Below, in pieces: positions 1 through 10,765 of a DNA stretch of 64,000 bases. The position numbers and the translations under genes were made by a program. Source of the stretch: a virus; IMG/VR virus record IMGVR_UViG_3300011113_000123, positions 1 to 64,000 of that record. One strand, written 5' to 3'. Below the pieces are notes generated by a model. It searched no databases and was not told where the DNA came from. It was given only the letters and a program-made list of their open reading frames with translations. Each line of letters begins with the position of its first letter. Positions within the stretch are counted from its first letter, which is position 1.

Positions 1-7
1 TGCAGGA

Positions 8-727
8 ATGTCTGTAACAGAAAGTATCACTGCTACAGAATCGTTGATTGGAACGTTTAACGCCAATACGTCTATCAGTGAAACTGCAACTTCAACTGAA
101 ACTGCAAGCGCAACATTTAACGCCAGCGGAATTACCACTGAAGCTGCTACTTCAACAGAATCTGTTAACGCTACATTTAATGCCAATACGTCTATCATTG
201 AAGCCGCTACTTCAACGGAAATCGTTACAGGAACGTTCAACGCTAATACGGCTATCAGCGAAACCGTTACCACAGCAGCTGCTGAAAACGCAACATATGA
301 TGCCAATACAGCTATAACAGAATCTATTACGTCAACTGAAGTTCAACAGGGCCAACGTTTCGTTCTTATGTCTGGTGTGTTTGCTTCGGTTCAGTACGCA
401 AACAACGTTATTCAGACTTATGCAACCTCTCAGATCGCTCCTTATGCAGGAATCACTGTTGGATCGTTCGACGGAACTCCTCGACTGGTTACATCTGGAT
501 CGGCTGGAGCAAGATTCGCGAACGGTACGCTCAGAGCCAACACAGGAACAATCAACGTTGGTGGTCGCGGCACGAACGTTTACATCATCACAAATCCAGG
601 AACGCCAGACGCAACATCGACGATGTACAGCGTCAACGCGATCTTCTCGAACACAGCGTTCACGATTCGCACCAACTTCTTACCTACAAGCGCAAACACA
701 AGAATTTGGTACAGCACTGGTCCATAA
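8..727 (+). CDS. Thr-rich repeat virion structural/fibre protein (may begin upstream of window)
   Basis: About five tandem 20-aa repeats (FNANTxIxExxTSTExxxxT); lies just upstream of baseplate genes. Confidence 0.55.
   Translation: MSVTESITATESLIGTFNANTSISETATSTETASATFNASGITTEAATSTESVNATFNANTSIIEAATSTEIVTGTFNANTAISETVTTAAAENATYDANTAITESITSTEVQQGQRFVLMSGVFASVQYANNVIQTYATSQIAPYAGITVGSFDGTPRLVTSGSAGARFANGTLRANTGTINVGGRGTNVYIITNPGTPDATSTMYSVNAIFSNTAFTIRTNFLPTSANTRIWYSTGP
52..340 (+). repeat. Degenerate 60-bp tandem repeat inside first CDS
   Basis: Similar aacRttYaaYgcYaatac motifs recur every 60 nt and line up in consecutive sequence rows. Confidence 0.75.
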
Positions 728-731
728 ACAG

Positions 732-739
732 TATAAATA
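732..739 (+). promoter_or_regulatory. T4-type late promoter TATAAATA
   Basis: Exact consensus, intergenic, upstream of SD (AGGA) and ATG at 755. Confidence 0.8.
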
Positions 740-754
740 CGCATAGGAATCAAT

Positions 755-1327
755 ATGTCAGAAATCATCACACCTACAGAAGCCATCGACGCTTCAGTTA
801 CTAGAGGAGCTAAGGAAGTGGAATCAGTTAACGTAACAGGTAAGTATGTTGCTCAATGCTTCGATGCGAATGGAAATCTGAAGTGGGAAGAAGAATACGA
901 TAATCTTGTAACCACTCAGGGTAAGAATCATCTACTCGATACATATCTTAGCGGATCAGCATACACAGCTAAAGTATTCCTTGGGCTTATTAGCTCGACA
1001 GGATACTCAGCGGTTGCTGCTGGCGACACTGCAAACTCGCATACTGGATGGACCGAGTTCAGTGGTTACTCACAGACCACTCGTAGACCACCCTCATTTG
1101 CTTCTGCTTCATCGGGCTCAAAGGCTACTGCTTCTTCTGTTACGTTCTCGATCACTTCAGCGAACACAGTTAAGGGTACGTTCCTAATCGCTAACAATGG
1201 AGTCGGTAGCGCTGCTACGAAGGGTGGATTCTCTGGTAGACTTTACTCAGCTGGTCTGTTCACTGGTGGTGATAAGACTGTTGGTAACGGCGACGTTGTT
1301 AGCATCACATATACTGCATCTGCATAA
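755..1327 (+). CDS. Virion structural protein (tail/baseplate associated)
   Basis: NLVTTQGKNHLLD...GLIS...TEFSGY...LYSAGLF pattern resembles small phage tail proteins; late promoter upstream. Confidence 0.55.
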   Translation: MSEIITPTEAIDASVTRGAKEVESVNVTGKYVAQCFDANGNLKWEEEYDNLVTTQGKNHLLDTYLSGSAYTAKVFLGLISSTGYSAVAAGDTANSHTGWTEFSGYSQTTRRPPSFASASSGSKATASSVTFSITSANTVKGTFLIANNGVGSAATKGGFSGRLYSAGLFTGGDKTVGNGDVVSITYTASA

Positions 1328-3150
1328 TGCCATCACTGATCCCTCGTCGATTTAGAGTACTGAACGCTCAGCAGTTCCTTGAGGGACTGGATGAAGCTGC
1401 GCCTACTCGCTATTACTTTTTTATTGGTCGTCCGCAGCCATATGCGAACGCCATTCCTATTACGGGAACAGTGAAAACTACGGCGAGCTCTAATACGATC
1501 GTCGGACAAGGTACATACTTTACGAGTGAGCTTGCTGTTGGTGATAGGCTAGGTATTACTGGTCAAGAAACCGTAGTTCGTGTGCATTCTATTCCTACTG
1601 CACAAACGATTATTGTTACTCCTCGCCCATCTGGTGCTAATACGACTGGAGCGAACGCCTACATTCGTAAGACGTTTTCTAATATAGATCCTCCAGCCGT
1701 TACACCAAGTTATTTCAATATCAACTATGATATAGTCGATGATATCATGTCTATGAAGAAGATTCAGTCTTCTGATGCGACTCATGCTATCCCTAGAATA
1801 AACTGGGCTAACAACACTCTGTATAATGAATGGGACGATAAGTTTCCTGTTCCGCTAACAGCCGCTCCAGGCTCGCTGCGCTATTTTATGTTGACCGATG
1901 ATTTTAACGTATATAAGTGCATCGACAATAATCGTGGTGCGAACTCGACGGTAAAGCCTACTACGACTGGTACATCAATTGAGTCGACATCAGATGGTTA
2001 TCGCTGGAAGTATATGTACACGATTTCTGCAGGCGAACGACTGAAGTTTTTGACTACAGATTTCATGCCAGTTAAAACGTTGTCGGCTAACGACGGCTCT
2101 GCTCAGTGGACTGTGCAACAAACTGCTCGTGCTTCTGGTAACGGTTCTATTCATCACGTAAAAGTTATTGCTAACGGCGCTGGTTATCTTCATACGACTA
2201 ACACGTTCCAGACTGTTACTAATACTTCTTGGATGAAACTCAAATCGTCAGCTTCTGGTATTGACGGAACATATGTTGGATCTGGTTTGTTTATCAGCGA
2301 AGGTGCTGCTGCTGGTCAAATCCGTAAGATCGTAAAGTATTGGGGATCAAACAATACTCTTATCGTCAATAGTGCGTTCAGTGTTACACCTAACACATCA
2401 AGCCGTTATGTGATTTCGCCGCTCGTAACTATACGCGGAGACTCAGGCGGAACGACTACTTCGCGCGCGACTGCGTACGTGTCGAATACTTTCAGTGGTC
2501 AAGTTCGCAAGATCACTGTTATTAGTCAGGGTCGTTCGTACTCACACGCTAACGTAGCGATTTCTGCGAACTCGTCTCATGGATTTGGTGCTACGGCTCG
2601 CCCAATCATTTCGCCACTCAATGGGCATGGGTCCGACCCAGTCGACGAACTAGGTGGAACAACGATTTTCCTAAACATTCGTACGAGTGGCGCGGAATCT
2701 AATACGTTCCCAACTAATAACGATTTCCGTCTAATCGGTATTCTTCGCGATCCTATTTTGGCTAACGGTTCTTATGCTAACGCATCTGTAATCGATCAGA
2801 CAACAAGAATTGGTGTTGAACTCGTAACAGGTGATTTCATCGAAGACGAGATCGTAACAGGATCTACAAGCGGAGCTAAGGCTCGCCTCGTTTACTTTGC
2901 GAATACTAACGCTGCAAGAACAGAAGGTGTAGCTAAGGTCATTCGAGTTACTACGAACGGAATTGGTGGATCGTTTACGCCAGGTGAAACACTAGTAGGT
3001 ACAAGTTCATCAGTGACTGCTAACGTAGTTTCACTGACTCGTCCAGCGACTAAGCCACACACTGGCTACATAATCTACACTGAACAAAGAGAAGCTGTTC
3101 TTCGCGATCCTGCTCAGACAGAAGACTATAAGATAGCAATTAAATACTAA
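1327..3150 (+). CDS. gp8: Baseplate wedge subunit, gp8-like
   Basis: YFFIGRPQP, IPRINW, YFMLTDDFNVYKCIDNN, DGYRWKYMYTI, GHGSDPVDELG, NDFRLIGILRDP, EDYKIAIKY motifs of T4-like gp8. Confidence 0.85.
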   Translation: MPSLIPRRFRVLNAQQFLEGLDEAAPTRYYFFIGRPQPYANAIPITGTVKTTASSNTIVGQGTYFTSELAVGDRLGITGQETVVRVHSIPTAQTIIVTPRPSGANTTGANAYIRKTFSNIDPPAVTPSYFNINYDIVDDIMSMKKIQSSDATHAIPRINWANNTLYNEWDDKFPVPLTAAPGSLRYFMLTDDFNVYKCIDNNRGANSTVKPTTTGTSIESTSDGYRWKYMYTISAGERLKFLTTDFMPVKTLSANDGSAQWTVQQTARASGNGSIHHVKVIANGAGYLHTTNTFQTVTNTSWMKLKSSASGIDGTYVGSGLFISEGAAAGQIRKIVKYWGSNNTLIVNSAFSVTPNTSSRYVISPLVTIRGDSGGTTTSRATAYVSNTFSGQVRKITVISQGRSYSHANVAISANSSHGFGATARPIISPLNGHGSDPVDELGGTTIFLNIRTSGAESNTFPTNNDFRLIGILRDPILANGSYANASVIDQTTRIGVELVTGDFIEDEIVTGSTSGAKARLVYFANTNAARTEGVAKVIRVTTNGIGGSFTPGETLVGTSSSVTANVVSLTRPATKPHTGYIIYTEQREAVLRDPAQTEDYKIAIKY

Positions 3151-3162
3151 TTGGAAGGTATC

Positions 3163-6100
3163 ATGGCTGCAGAAGCTAATAACGTCACGCTCTCAACGAA
3201 CTTCAACGTAGCACCTTACTACGACGATTTCAATGAGTCTAAAAACTTCCATCGTATTCTGTTCCGCCCAGGATTGGCTGTTCAGGCTCGCGAACTCACG
3301 CAGATGCAAACGATCCTTCAGAATCAGATCGACCGTTTCGCTGAACATATCTTCAAAGAAGGTTCTACGGTTCGCGGAATGGAAGCGAACTATGATACCC
3401 GATACAGCTATATTAAATTGCGCAATAACACTTCTACAGGAGCAGATGTTACTGTAACGAACTTTGATAGCAAAATCGTTAAGGGTGTTACTTCTGGTGT
3501 ACTAGCTAAGGTCATCAAGGTCAACGATGGTTCAGAAGCCAACACGCCAAACTTTAAGACTTTGTTCGTTAAGTATCTTGCAGCCAATAATACGACAGGG
3601 TTTAAGTTCTTCGCGAACAACGAAATCGTAAATACGGTTGGTGGTGGAACGATCTACTCAGCAAACACAATCACGTCTGCTCAGGGTGGAGCAACTGGTT
3701 ATGGTTCAGCTGTAACTTTCAATGCTGGTGTGGTTTACGCTAAAGATCATTTCATTCGCGTTCCTGAGCAGACTGTAGTTGTAAGCAAGTATGATACTAC
3801 AACAGCTTCTGGGCGCATTGGTTTTGATGTTACAGAAACGATTGTAACAGAAACAGCCGACGAAACTCTTCTTGATCCAGCTCAGGGTGCGTATAACTAT
3901 GCAGCTCCTGGTGCAGCTCGTTTAAAACTTACGGCTGATCTCCGTAGAGTAGGTCTAAACGATACTGTGTCTAACACATTCGTTGAACTATTTCAAGTTA
4001 AGGACGGTGTTGTACAATCTATTTCAACGCGTCCACAGTATGCTAGAATCAGAGATTATATCGCTCAGCGCACGTTCGACGAGTCTGGTGACTATGTTGT
4101 AAACGGATTTGAGATTAACGTAAAAGAACATCTTAAGGTTGGAAACAATCAAGGAGTTCTGACTGCTGGCAATGGTGGTAACTCACAGCTTCTTGTTGTG
4201 TATGCTGAACCAGGTAAGGCTTATGTTAAGGGCTATGATATTGAGCGCGTTGCTTCTACGAACAGAGTTGTTCAGAAAGCTATAGACACAGAATCTATCG
4301 AATCTGCTAAAGCTCTTGCTGACTATGGTAACTATCTCATCGTTGATAACGTAGTAGGTAACTGGGATCTAAATCGTCAGAGCATTGTTTCATTGCGTTC
4401 GCAGCAAGCGAATGCTGTTAGCACGCTGAACTATTCTTCGACTAATTTCCCAGCGAGCCAAATCGGTACTGCGCGTGTGCGCGGTGTCGAGTATTACACT
4501 GGAACGCCAGGGCTACCTAGCGCTCAGTACAAATTATACATCACAGACGTTAAGATGGCAGCTGGTCAGTCATTCACTGGTGTTCAGTCAATTGGTTTTA
4601 ATGGCGGCGTAGGTACTGTTAAAGGTAAAGCAGACGTACTAGGTTCAAACGGGCTCAATGCTAACACAGTCGATCCATTGTTTGATCGTGCTGTGTTTAG
4701 ACTACCAGCACAAGCTATTAAACGCCTAAGAAATACCTCAGGTGCAGTAAACAACGACTACTCTTTCTATAAGTCGTTCGATATTACGTTTAACTCTGCG
4801 GGTCAAGCTCAAATCACAACAGGCGATACTTCTGAAACATTTGATGGTTCAGGAACGCTCAGTGATGCGGCTACTCGTACAGACTTTTATGTCGTAAGCC
4901 GTTCAAACGGTAATACGACAACGTTCAGCGAAACGCTTACGACAACAAGCGGTTCAAATACAGTAACGGCAAGCGCCACGATTGATGGAAAAGTCAATCC
5001 AGGTGATATTATCAATATCCATACAGGCGGCGGCAACTTCCTTGTCAGCGCAGTAAATGGTACAACAATCAATCTATTTGGTAATGCTTCAGCTTCTGGT
5101 GCTGGTAAAGCGTTCCATAAGAGATTCTTTGCAGGACAAGTTCTAGATCTTGCTGGTAATGGTAGAGATGGTGCTCGCTCGATCGCTGTTTCAGGAACTC
5201 CTACAACCACAGCAGATCTTGATATCAATGAAACGCTAAACTCGACTTCTCTGGATGCTACAGCTATCGTTAAGCTGAACAAGATCGATGGTCAAGAGCA
5301 GGCTAAGACTGTTCAGCGTAATCGACTGGTTCAGATTCGCGTTGGTGCTGGTGGTGGTACTTCTTACACAGCTAACACAACTGGTCCATGGCCTCTTGGT
5401 CTATCGGACGGGTTTAAGCTCGTTGAAGTTCGTAAGAAAAATGGTTCTAACTTCGCATCAACGACAGAAGGAACTGATGTAACTTCTCACTTCACTATTG
5501 ATAGTGGCATGTTTGACAGTTTCTATAGTCATGCAAGCCTGAAGAAAAAGTCATCAAGCTCTCTTTCTATCGTTTCTGGCGACAGATTGCTTGTGAAGCT
5601 AGATTACTTTACTCACGGCACGTCTAATCGTGGTTTCTTCTCAGTCGACTCTTATCCAGTCGACGATGCAACTGCTGCATCAGATTCTACGAAGATCTTC
5701 ACTTACGAAATCCCTGTGTTCGTTTCACCAACGAACGGTATCTCTTACGATCTGCGCGACTGCGTTGATTTCCGTCCGCGTATGACGGATACTGCGAACA
5801 ACGTCACGAGTGTTACGAATATCTCTATCAACCCAAAAACATCGAACACGTTCGTTCTTCCATCAGGCGGTTTGCACTTCTCACCTCCTAATGAAGATTT
5901 CACTACGGATCTAGATTACTATCTGCGCCGTATTGATATCGTAGGATTGAATACGGACGGAGAGCTGATCATAACTAGAGGCGTTCCAGCCTTGCGCCCA
6001 GCGACACCTCCTGCTCCGAATGATGTTATGGCGATGGCGTCTATCGATCTTGCACCGTATCCTTCTCTGCCGCCAGTCATCGCGCGTAGAGTAGGGCGTC

Positions 6101-9100
6101 CAGATATGGCTAACAAGTTCCGTAAGTTTAACAATCGTCGCTACACCATGCGCGACATTGGTAAAATTGCTGAGCGCATTGATCGTCTTGAATATTACAC
6201 TTCACTGACTCTTCTCGAAAAGTCAGCGCAGGATATGTTGGTTCAAGATGCTAATGGTCTAGATCGTTTCAAGAACGGTATCCTAGTCGACTCGTTCACT
6301 ACACATGCTGTAGGTAACGTGTTTGATCCAGACTATAAGATCGCGATTGATCCAGAGAGGGGCGAGATTCGTCCACGCTTCTCTATCGATGAAACTCCTC
6401 TGGTTATGACTGCGAACTCAACACACGTTGTTCGCACGAACGTGACTCCTTCTGGCGTTTCAAAAGATCAGGTTATTACTCTAACGACTGCACCCACTTC
6501 AGCGACGTTCCTTGCTGGAGCTACGGTAACATCTGGTTCTTATACAGCTACAATCAGACATAAGGTCGGAACTAAACTGTATGTTGAAAACGCAACAGGA
6601 AACTTTGCGGCTGCTGCGACTATAACAAGCAGTGATAGTGGATCAAGAACTATTTCTTCTGTAACTGCATCTATTCCTGGTAAGTTGGTTACTCTACCGT
6701 ATACACACGAAGTTCTTATCAGGCAGCCATACGCAACGACAACAAGAAACTGCGTAGGAACATTCTACAAGTATGTTGGTTTGTTGCAACTTGATCCTGA
6801 TAACGATTACTGGTGTGATACTGTTCAGGGGCCCGACACAAACATCTCGATTGATCTAAACACCGACGCATGGGAATATCTTGCGTCTACATGGCCTGCT
6901 ACATGGAACTCGCCAATCACGAGTTTCACAGGCGGTCCCGTTCTTACAGGATCTTCAACTAATGATGTTGGCGGAACATACTCAGTTCCTCAGGCTGATG
7001 GATCAACTATTATCTATCAGAATACGCAGACCGTTTCTACCTTTGCTACACCTACTGTAACAACACAAACAGGAAATCAGACTGGTGTTGGATTTGTAAC
7101 GACTACTCAGTCTTATGGAAATATCGTAAAAGATACTTCGATTATTCCGTTTATGCGTTCTCGACAGATTTTGTTTAAGATGTCAGGAATGTTGCCTTCT
7201 GTTCGCGTATATGGTTTCTTTGATGGCGTTAATGTTAACGCATACATCACACCTATTACAGAAGCAGAATATAACTCGAAGTTAAAATCGGCTACGGGTG
7301 CTCCTGTAAATCCTGCTGCTTCTGCTGGAAGCGCGCTGGTTGTAGGCACAGACGGTGTGGCATATGGTGTGTTCCGCATTCCTAACGACGCGTCGTTGAA
7401 GTTTAGAACAGGATCAAAGCGTTTGCGTTTCGTAGATAGTCCTACGAATTCGATAACATTTGGACAGTTTACGACTTCATGCGAAGCAGCATATACAGCT
7501 GAAGGATTGTTGCAGAACGTTTCTGCTTTAACAATCACAACCAAGTCTGTAGAAATCACTCAGACTTCGTTGAACTCAACGACATATGGTTCACAGACTT
7601 CGTCAACAACGGCAAGTGGTACTAGAATCGTAGGCGTAATTCCTCCTGATCCAGGCGATGATGGTACGGTTGATCCACCTCGCGACGATGGTGACGATAG
7701 TGATCCGATTGCTCAATCTATGTTCATTTCTAGCCGTCTTGTTGCTAAAACAGGATCGAGCGGTATGTACATGACTAAGATCGATCTGTTCTTTGCAACT
7801 AAGGACCCAACGCTACCTATCACAGTTCAGCTTCAAGAAATTGAACCGCTGACAGGTCACATCACACCTAGAGTTGTTCCATTCTCTAGAGTGGTTGTTC
7901 CTTCAGCTGACGTTAATATAAGCACCGACGGATCTGCACCAACACCAGTTGTATTCCCATCTCCAGTATATCTGAGCAATGAAACAGAATACGCAGTTGT
8001 TCTGATTCCAGCGGCTGTGAATCCAAACTATAATGCGTTCACAGCAGTTCTTGGTGAAAAGGATCTTGTAGCTGGTTCTGTTGTTTCTGAGCAGCCAGCA
8101 TCTGGATTCATGTTCACCTCTGCAAACCAGCGCACATGGGTTCCTGTTGAAAATGAAGATCTTAAGTTTACTGCTTACTATGCGGAGTTCGATAAGAACA
8201 CCACAGGTAATCTGATTGTTAAGAATCCTTCGCGCGAGCATCTGACGATTGCTAACACAACTGGTGCTCTATCGCGCATCGGTGAAGTTGTTCATGGTCA
8301 GACAAGAATCGTGGGTACGTTCAGCATTGCTGCTGGTAACACATCTGCAATCAATACCCACATCGCTAACAACTCAGCATACGCTCAGGGTATCACTTCA
8401 GGCGCAACTGGTAAGCTAGTAAAGCTGACACCAACAGCTCTTATCATCCGCGACGTTTCTACAACCGCCACATTTAGAGGCGGTGAAAAGATTCGTATTC
8501 GTGTGGCGAACACGGTCACACGAAATGCAACTACAGGCGAAATCAAGGGAACAGGAACAGCAACATCTGCTACGTTCCCAGCTGGTCGTGTTACATACTA
8601 TGATCCAATCAACTATGCAAACACTCGATTGATTTTGGCTAACACTTCTTATATTAACAGCGGTGCAGCATTCGCTAACGCTCGTTTGTTCACTACGAAC
8701 ACTTACATCAAAGGTCAGACGAACGGATACAGTGCTCGTATTGTAACAATCAATAACGTTACGATTGATAATCTAAACTTGATCACTAATATGATTGTTC
8801 CTTCAAATAATGAAGTTCGTGCGTTCGCTAAGATGGCTACATCTACTTCTGCGCGCGACGCTTCGTTCTTTAGAGTCAACATCAACGGTGATTTAGAACT
8901 GAAGTCTCCTCGTTATGTGTTGAGTCGCAGCATTGAAGCTAACACGTCTGCTTCTTCTGCAACTATGGTCAACGATAGATCTGTAGAAATCAAGTATGAA
9001 CTTGATGGAAGAAATATCGTAGCTTCGCCAGCTATCGATCTTGATCGTATTTCGTTGTATCATACACACAATCTAATCAGCACCGACGGTGAAATTTCTA

Positions 9101-9831
9101 ATACTGAAAATTATGTGGTTGCTGGTGGTAACTCTGAATCACGCTATATCACTCGCATTGTAACTCTAGCTGATGGTCAGGACGCTGAGGATCTTCGTGT
9201 TTATCTAACAGCGTATAAGCCAAGCGGATCAAACATTTACGTGTACTATAAAGTTCTTGCGGCTGAAGATAACAATACGATGAATGATGTTCGTTGGGTG
9301 CCAATGGAACTCAATGAGGGTCAAGGGTTTAGTTTGGCTACTCGTTATTCTTCTAGTGAAAACAAGAACGACTTCATCGAGCTGGTTTATGATGTGCCTG
9401 CATTCCCAACAAATCTTTCTGGTACTGTTTACGAACCTGTAGGCATACCTTTATCTGGAGTCGTATCTGCTGCAGGCGGTTCAAATACTGTTACAGGTAG
9501 TTCAACAGCTTTCAGCTCACAACTTGTAGCAGGAAATGTAATTCGTATTGATACTCTGAGCGGAACGTTTAGGGTTCATTCTATAGCAAACAATACAAGC
9601 ATGACTCTTACAAGTCAGCCGGCAAGCGTATCTAACAAGAGCGCGTCCCGTGTTAATCCTGTAAATCAATCTGGTGCAAACAATACAACTGGTATTATCG
9701 AGTATCGAAATACAACTCGTGCTCGTTATGTCGGATATAAGTATTTCCAGGTTAAGATCGTGTTGGTAAACAGCTCAAGCTCTAATCCTCCACGAGTTAA
9801 AGATCTAAGAGCTATCGCGTTGCAGATGTAA
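3163..9831 (+). CDS. Large baseplate/virion structural protein (DUF4815/VrlC-like)
   Basis: FNVAPYYDDF...RILFRPGLAVQARELTQMQTILQNQI, YTMRDIGKIAERIDRLEYYTSL, DPIAQS, PPRVKDLRAIAL; ATG at 3163 follows GGAAGG. Confidence 0.85.
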   Translation: MAAEANNVTLSTNFNVAPYYDDFNESKNFHRILFRPGLAVQARELTQMQTILQNQIDRFAEHIFKEGSTVRGMEANYDTRYSYIKLRNNTSTGADVTVTNFDSKIVKGVTSGVLAKVIKVNDGSEANTPNFKTLFVKYLAANNTTGFKFFANNEIVNTVGGGTIYSANTITSAQGGATGYGSAVTFNAGVVYAKDHFIRVPEQTVVVSKYDTTTASGRIGFDVTETIVTETADETLLDPAQGAYNYAAPGAARLKLTADLRRVGLNDTVSNTFVELFQVKDGVVQSISTRPQYARIRDYIAQRTFDESGDYVVNGFEINVKEHLKVGNNQGVLTAGNGGNSQLLVVYAEPGKAYVKGYDIERVASTNRVVQKAIDTESIESAKALADYGNYLIVDNVVGNWDLNRQSIVSLRSQQANAVSTLNYSSTNFPASQIGTARVRGVEYYTGTPGLPSAQYKLYITDVKMAAGQSFTGVQSIGFNGGVGTVKGKADVLGSNGLNANTVDPLFDRAVFRLPAQAIKRLRNTSGAVNNDYSFYKSFDITFNSAGQAQITTGDTSETFDGSGTLSDAATRTDFYVVSRSNGNTTTFSETLTTTSGSNTVTASATIDGKVNPGDIINIHTGGGNFLVSAVNGTTINLFGNASASGAGKAFHKRFFAGQVLDLAGNGRDGARSIAVSGTPTTTADLDINETLNSTSLDATAIVKLNKIDGQEQAKTVQRNRLVQIRVGAGGGTSYTANTTGPWPLGLSDGFKLVEVRKKNGSNFASTTEGTDVTSHFTIDSGMFDSFYSHASLKKKSSSSLSIVSGDRLLVKLDYFTHGTSNRGFFSVDSYPVDDATAASDSTKIFTYEIPVFVSPTNGISYDLRDCVDFRPRMTDTANNVTSVTNISINPKTSNTFVLPSGGLHFSPPNEDFTTDLDYYLRRIDIVGLNTDGELIITRGVPALRPATPPAPNDVMAMASIDLAPYPSLPPVIARRVGRPDMANKFRKFNNRRYTMRDIGKIAERIDRLEYYTSLTLLEKSAQDMLVQDANGLDRFKNGILVDSFTTHAVGNVFDPDYKIAIDPERGEIRPRFSIDETPLVMTANSTHVVRTNVTPSGVSKDQVITLTTAPTSATFLAGATVTSGSYTATIRHKVGTKLYVENATGNFAAAATITSSDSGSRTISSVTASIPGKLVTLPYTHEVLIRQPYATTTRNCVGTFYKYVGLLQLDPDNDYWCDTVQGPDTNISIDLNTDAWEYLASTWPATWNSPITSFTGGPVLTGSSTNDVGGTYSVPQADGSTIIYQNTQTVSTFATPTVTTQTGNQTGVGFVTTTQSYGNIVKDTSIIPFMRSRQILFKMSGMLPSVRVYGFFDGVNVNAYITPITEAEYNSKLKSATGAPVNPAASAGSALVVGTDGVAYGVFRIPNDASLKFRTGSKRLRFVDSPTNSITFGQFTTSCEAAYTAEGLLQNVSALTITTKSVEITQTSLNSTTYGSQTSSTTASGTRIVGVIPPDPGDDGTVDPPRDDGDDSDPIAQSMFISSRLVAKTGSSGMYMTKIDLFFATKDPTLPITVQLQEIEPLTGHITPRVVPFSRVVVPSADVNISTDGSAPTPVVFPSPVYLSNETEYAVVLIPAAVNPNYNAFTAVLGEKDLVAGSVVSEQPASGFMFTSANQRTWVPVENEDLKFTAYYAEFDKNTTGNLIVKNPSREHLTIANTTGALSRIGEVVHGQTRIVGTFSIAAGNTSAINTHIANNSAYAQGITSGATGKLVKLTPTALIIRDVSTTATFRGGEKIRIRVANTVTRNATTGEIKGTGTATSATFPAGRVTYYDPINYANTRLILANTSYINSGAAFANARLFTTNTYIKGQTNGYSARIVTINNVTIDNLNLITNMIVPSNNEVRAFAKMATSTSARDASFFRVNINGDLELKSPRYVLSRSIEANTSASSATMVNDRSVEIKYELDGRNIVASPAIDLDRISLYHTHNLISTDGEISNTENYVVAGGNSESRYITRIVTLADGQDAEDLRVYLTAYKPSGSNIYVYYKVLAAEDNNTMNDVRWVPMELNEGQGFSLATRYSSSENKNDFIELVYDVPAFPTNLSGTVYEPVGIPLSGVVSAAGGSNTVTGSSTAFSSQLVAGNVIRIDTLSGTFRVHSIANNTSMTLTSQPASVSNKSASRVNPVNQSGANNTTGIIEYRNTTRARYVGYKYFQVKIVLVNSSSSNPPRVKDLRAIALQM

Positions 9832-9832
9832 G

Positions 9833-10048
9833 ATGAAGTACGCTAAGGTCAAAGATAACCCAGAGCTAATACGTGATATGCAATCCAAGGCGGTTTTGAA
9901 TACAAACTTATCCGCCTTGGAATCATACAAGAAAAAGCGTGAAAAACAGCAAGAACTGAGTTCAGCCATTGCTGATATAAATAATATGAAGCAAGACATC
10001 AATGATCTCAAGACGCTCATGCAGCGCATTCTAGACAAGATAGGATAA
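9833..10048 (+). CDS. Small coiled-coil protein typically following the DUF4815 gene
   Basis: VKDNPELIRD..SKAVLNTN followed by heptad coil; tight gene packing. Confidence 0.7.
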   Translation: MKYAKVKDNPELIRDMQSKAVLNTNLSALESYKKKREKQQELSSAIADINNMKQDINDLKTLMQRILDKIG

Positions 10049-10051
10049 TCA

Positions 10052-10762
10052 ATGGCAAAGATTGCTAACGTTGCTCTTACCAACACATTCGATACGTGGA
10101 GAGTACGATCAAATGAAGCGTTTGATCGTCTAAGTCAGTTTGCTATTGACAACTCTAAGCTGTATGCTAACACGATTACAGCTAACGTTCGTTTCGTTTC
10201 TTCAGGAGCAACTAAGCTCGGAAGCAGTGGATCTACAAGAACTATCGTCAACGGGCTGCTGAGCGGCAACGGAAACATCAACGTTTCTGGTAATACAGTT
10301 CTTGGTGGTGCTAGTAAAACGCTAACTGTTGGTGGTGCTGGTGCGACTGCAAACGTTACTGGTTGGTTTGGTGTCAACGGCCGTGCGTCAGTTTCAACGA
10401 ATCTGGTCGTTGGGGGTAATACTACGCTCAATGGCACGACAATTGACAAGTCTAACGCGCTCAATCAAACTCTGACCGATGCAGCAACTATCAACTGGGA
10501 CACATCGCTTGGTCGTGTAGCCACAGTAACGCTTGGTGCATCTCGTACAATCGCCGCTCCTACTAATCAAAAGGTTGGTACATACATCCTTCGTGTTATT
10601 CAGGGTGGAACTGGCAGTTACACTTTGACTTGGAACGGTAACTATAAGTGGACTGCTCAATCTGCACCTGTTCTTTCTACAGCTGTCGGAGCAATGGATA
10701 TCTTTACGTTCTTCTCTGACGGTACAAAGATGTATGGATCTTATCTCCCAGACGTAAGGTAA
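10052..10762 (+). CDS. Short fibre protein; C-terminal domain paralogous to that of 37689..39506
   Basis: TNTFDTWRVRSN N-terminus; C-terminal LTDAATINWD...YGSYLPDVR domain. Confidence 0.7.
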   Translation: MAKIANVALTNTFDTWRVRSNEAFDRLSQFAIDNSKLYANTITANVRFVSSGATKLGSSGSTRTIVNGLLSGNGNINVSGNTVLGGASKTLTVGGAGATANVTGWFGVNGRASVSTNLVVGGNTTLNGTTIDKSNALNQTLTDAATINWDTSLGRVATVTLGASRTIAAPTNQKVGTYILRVIQGGTGSYTLTWNGNYKWTAQSAPVLSTAVGAMDIFTFFSDGTKMYGSYLPDVR

Positions 10763-10765
10763 GAA

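Noticed and set aside
52-340. Possible CRISPR array from the 60-bp periodicity (also the repeats at 53121 and 38241)
   Set aside because: Repeats are degenerate in-frame coding units or two-copy cassettes; no repeat-spacer structure or cas genes
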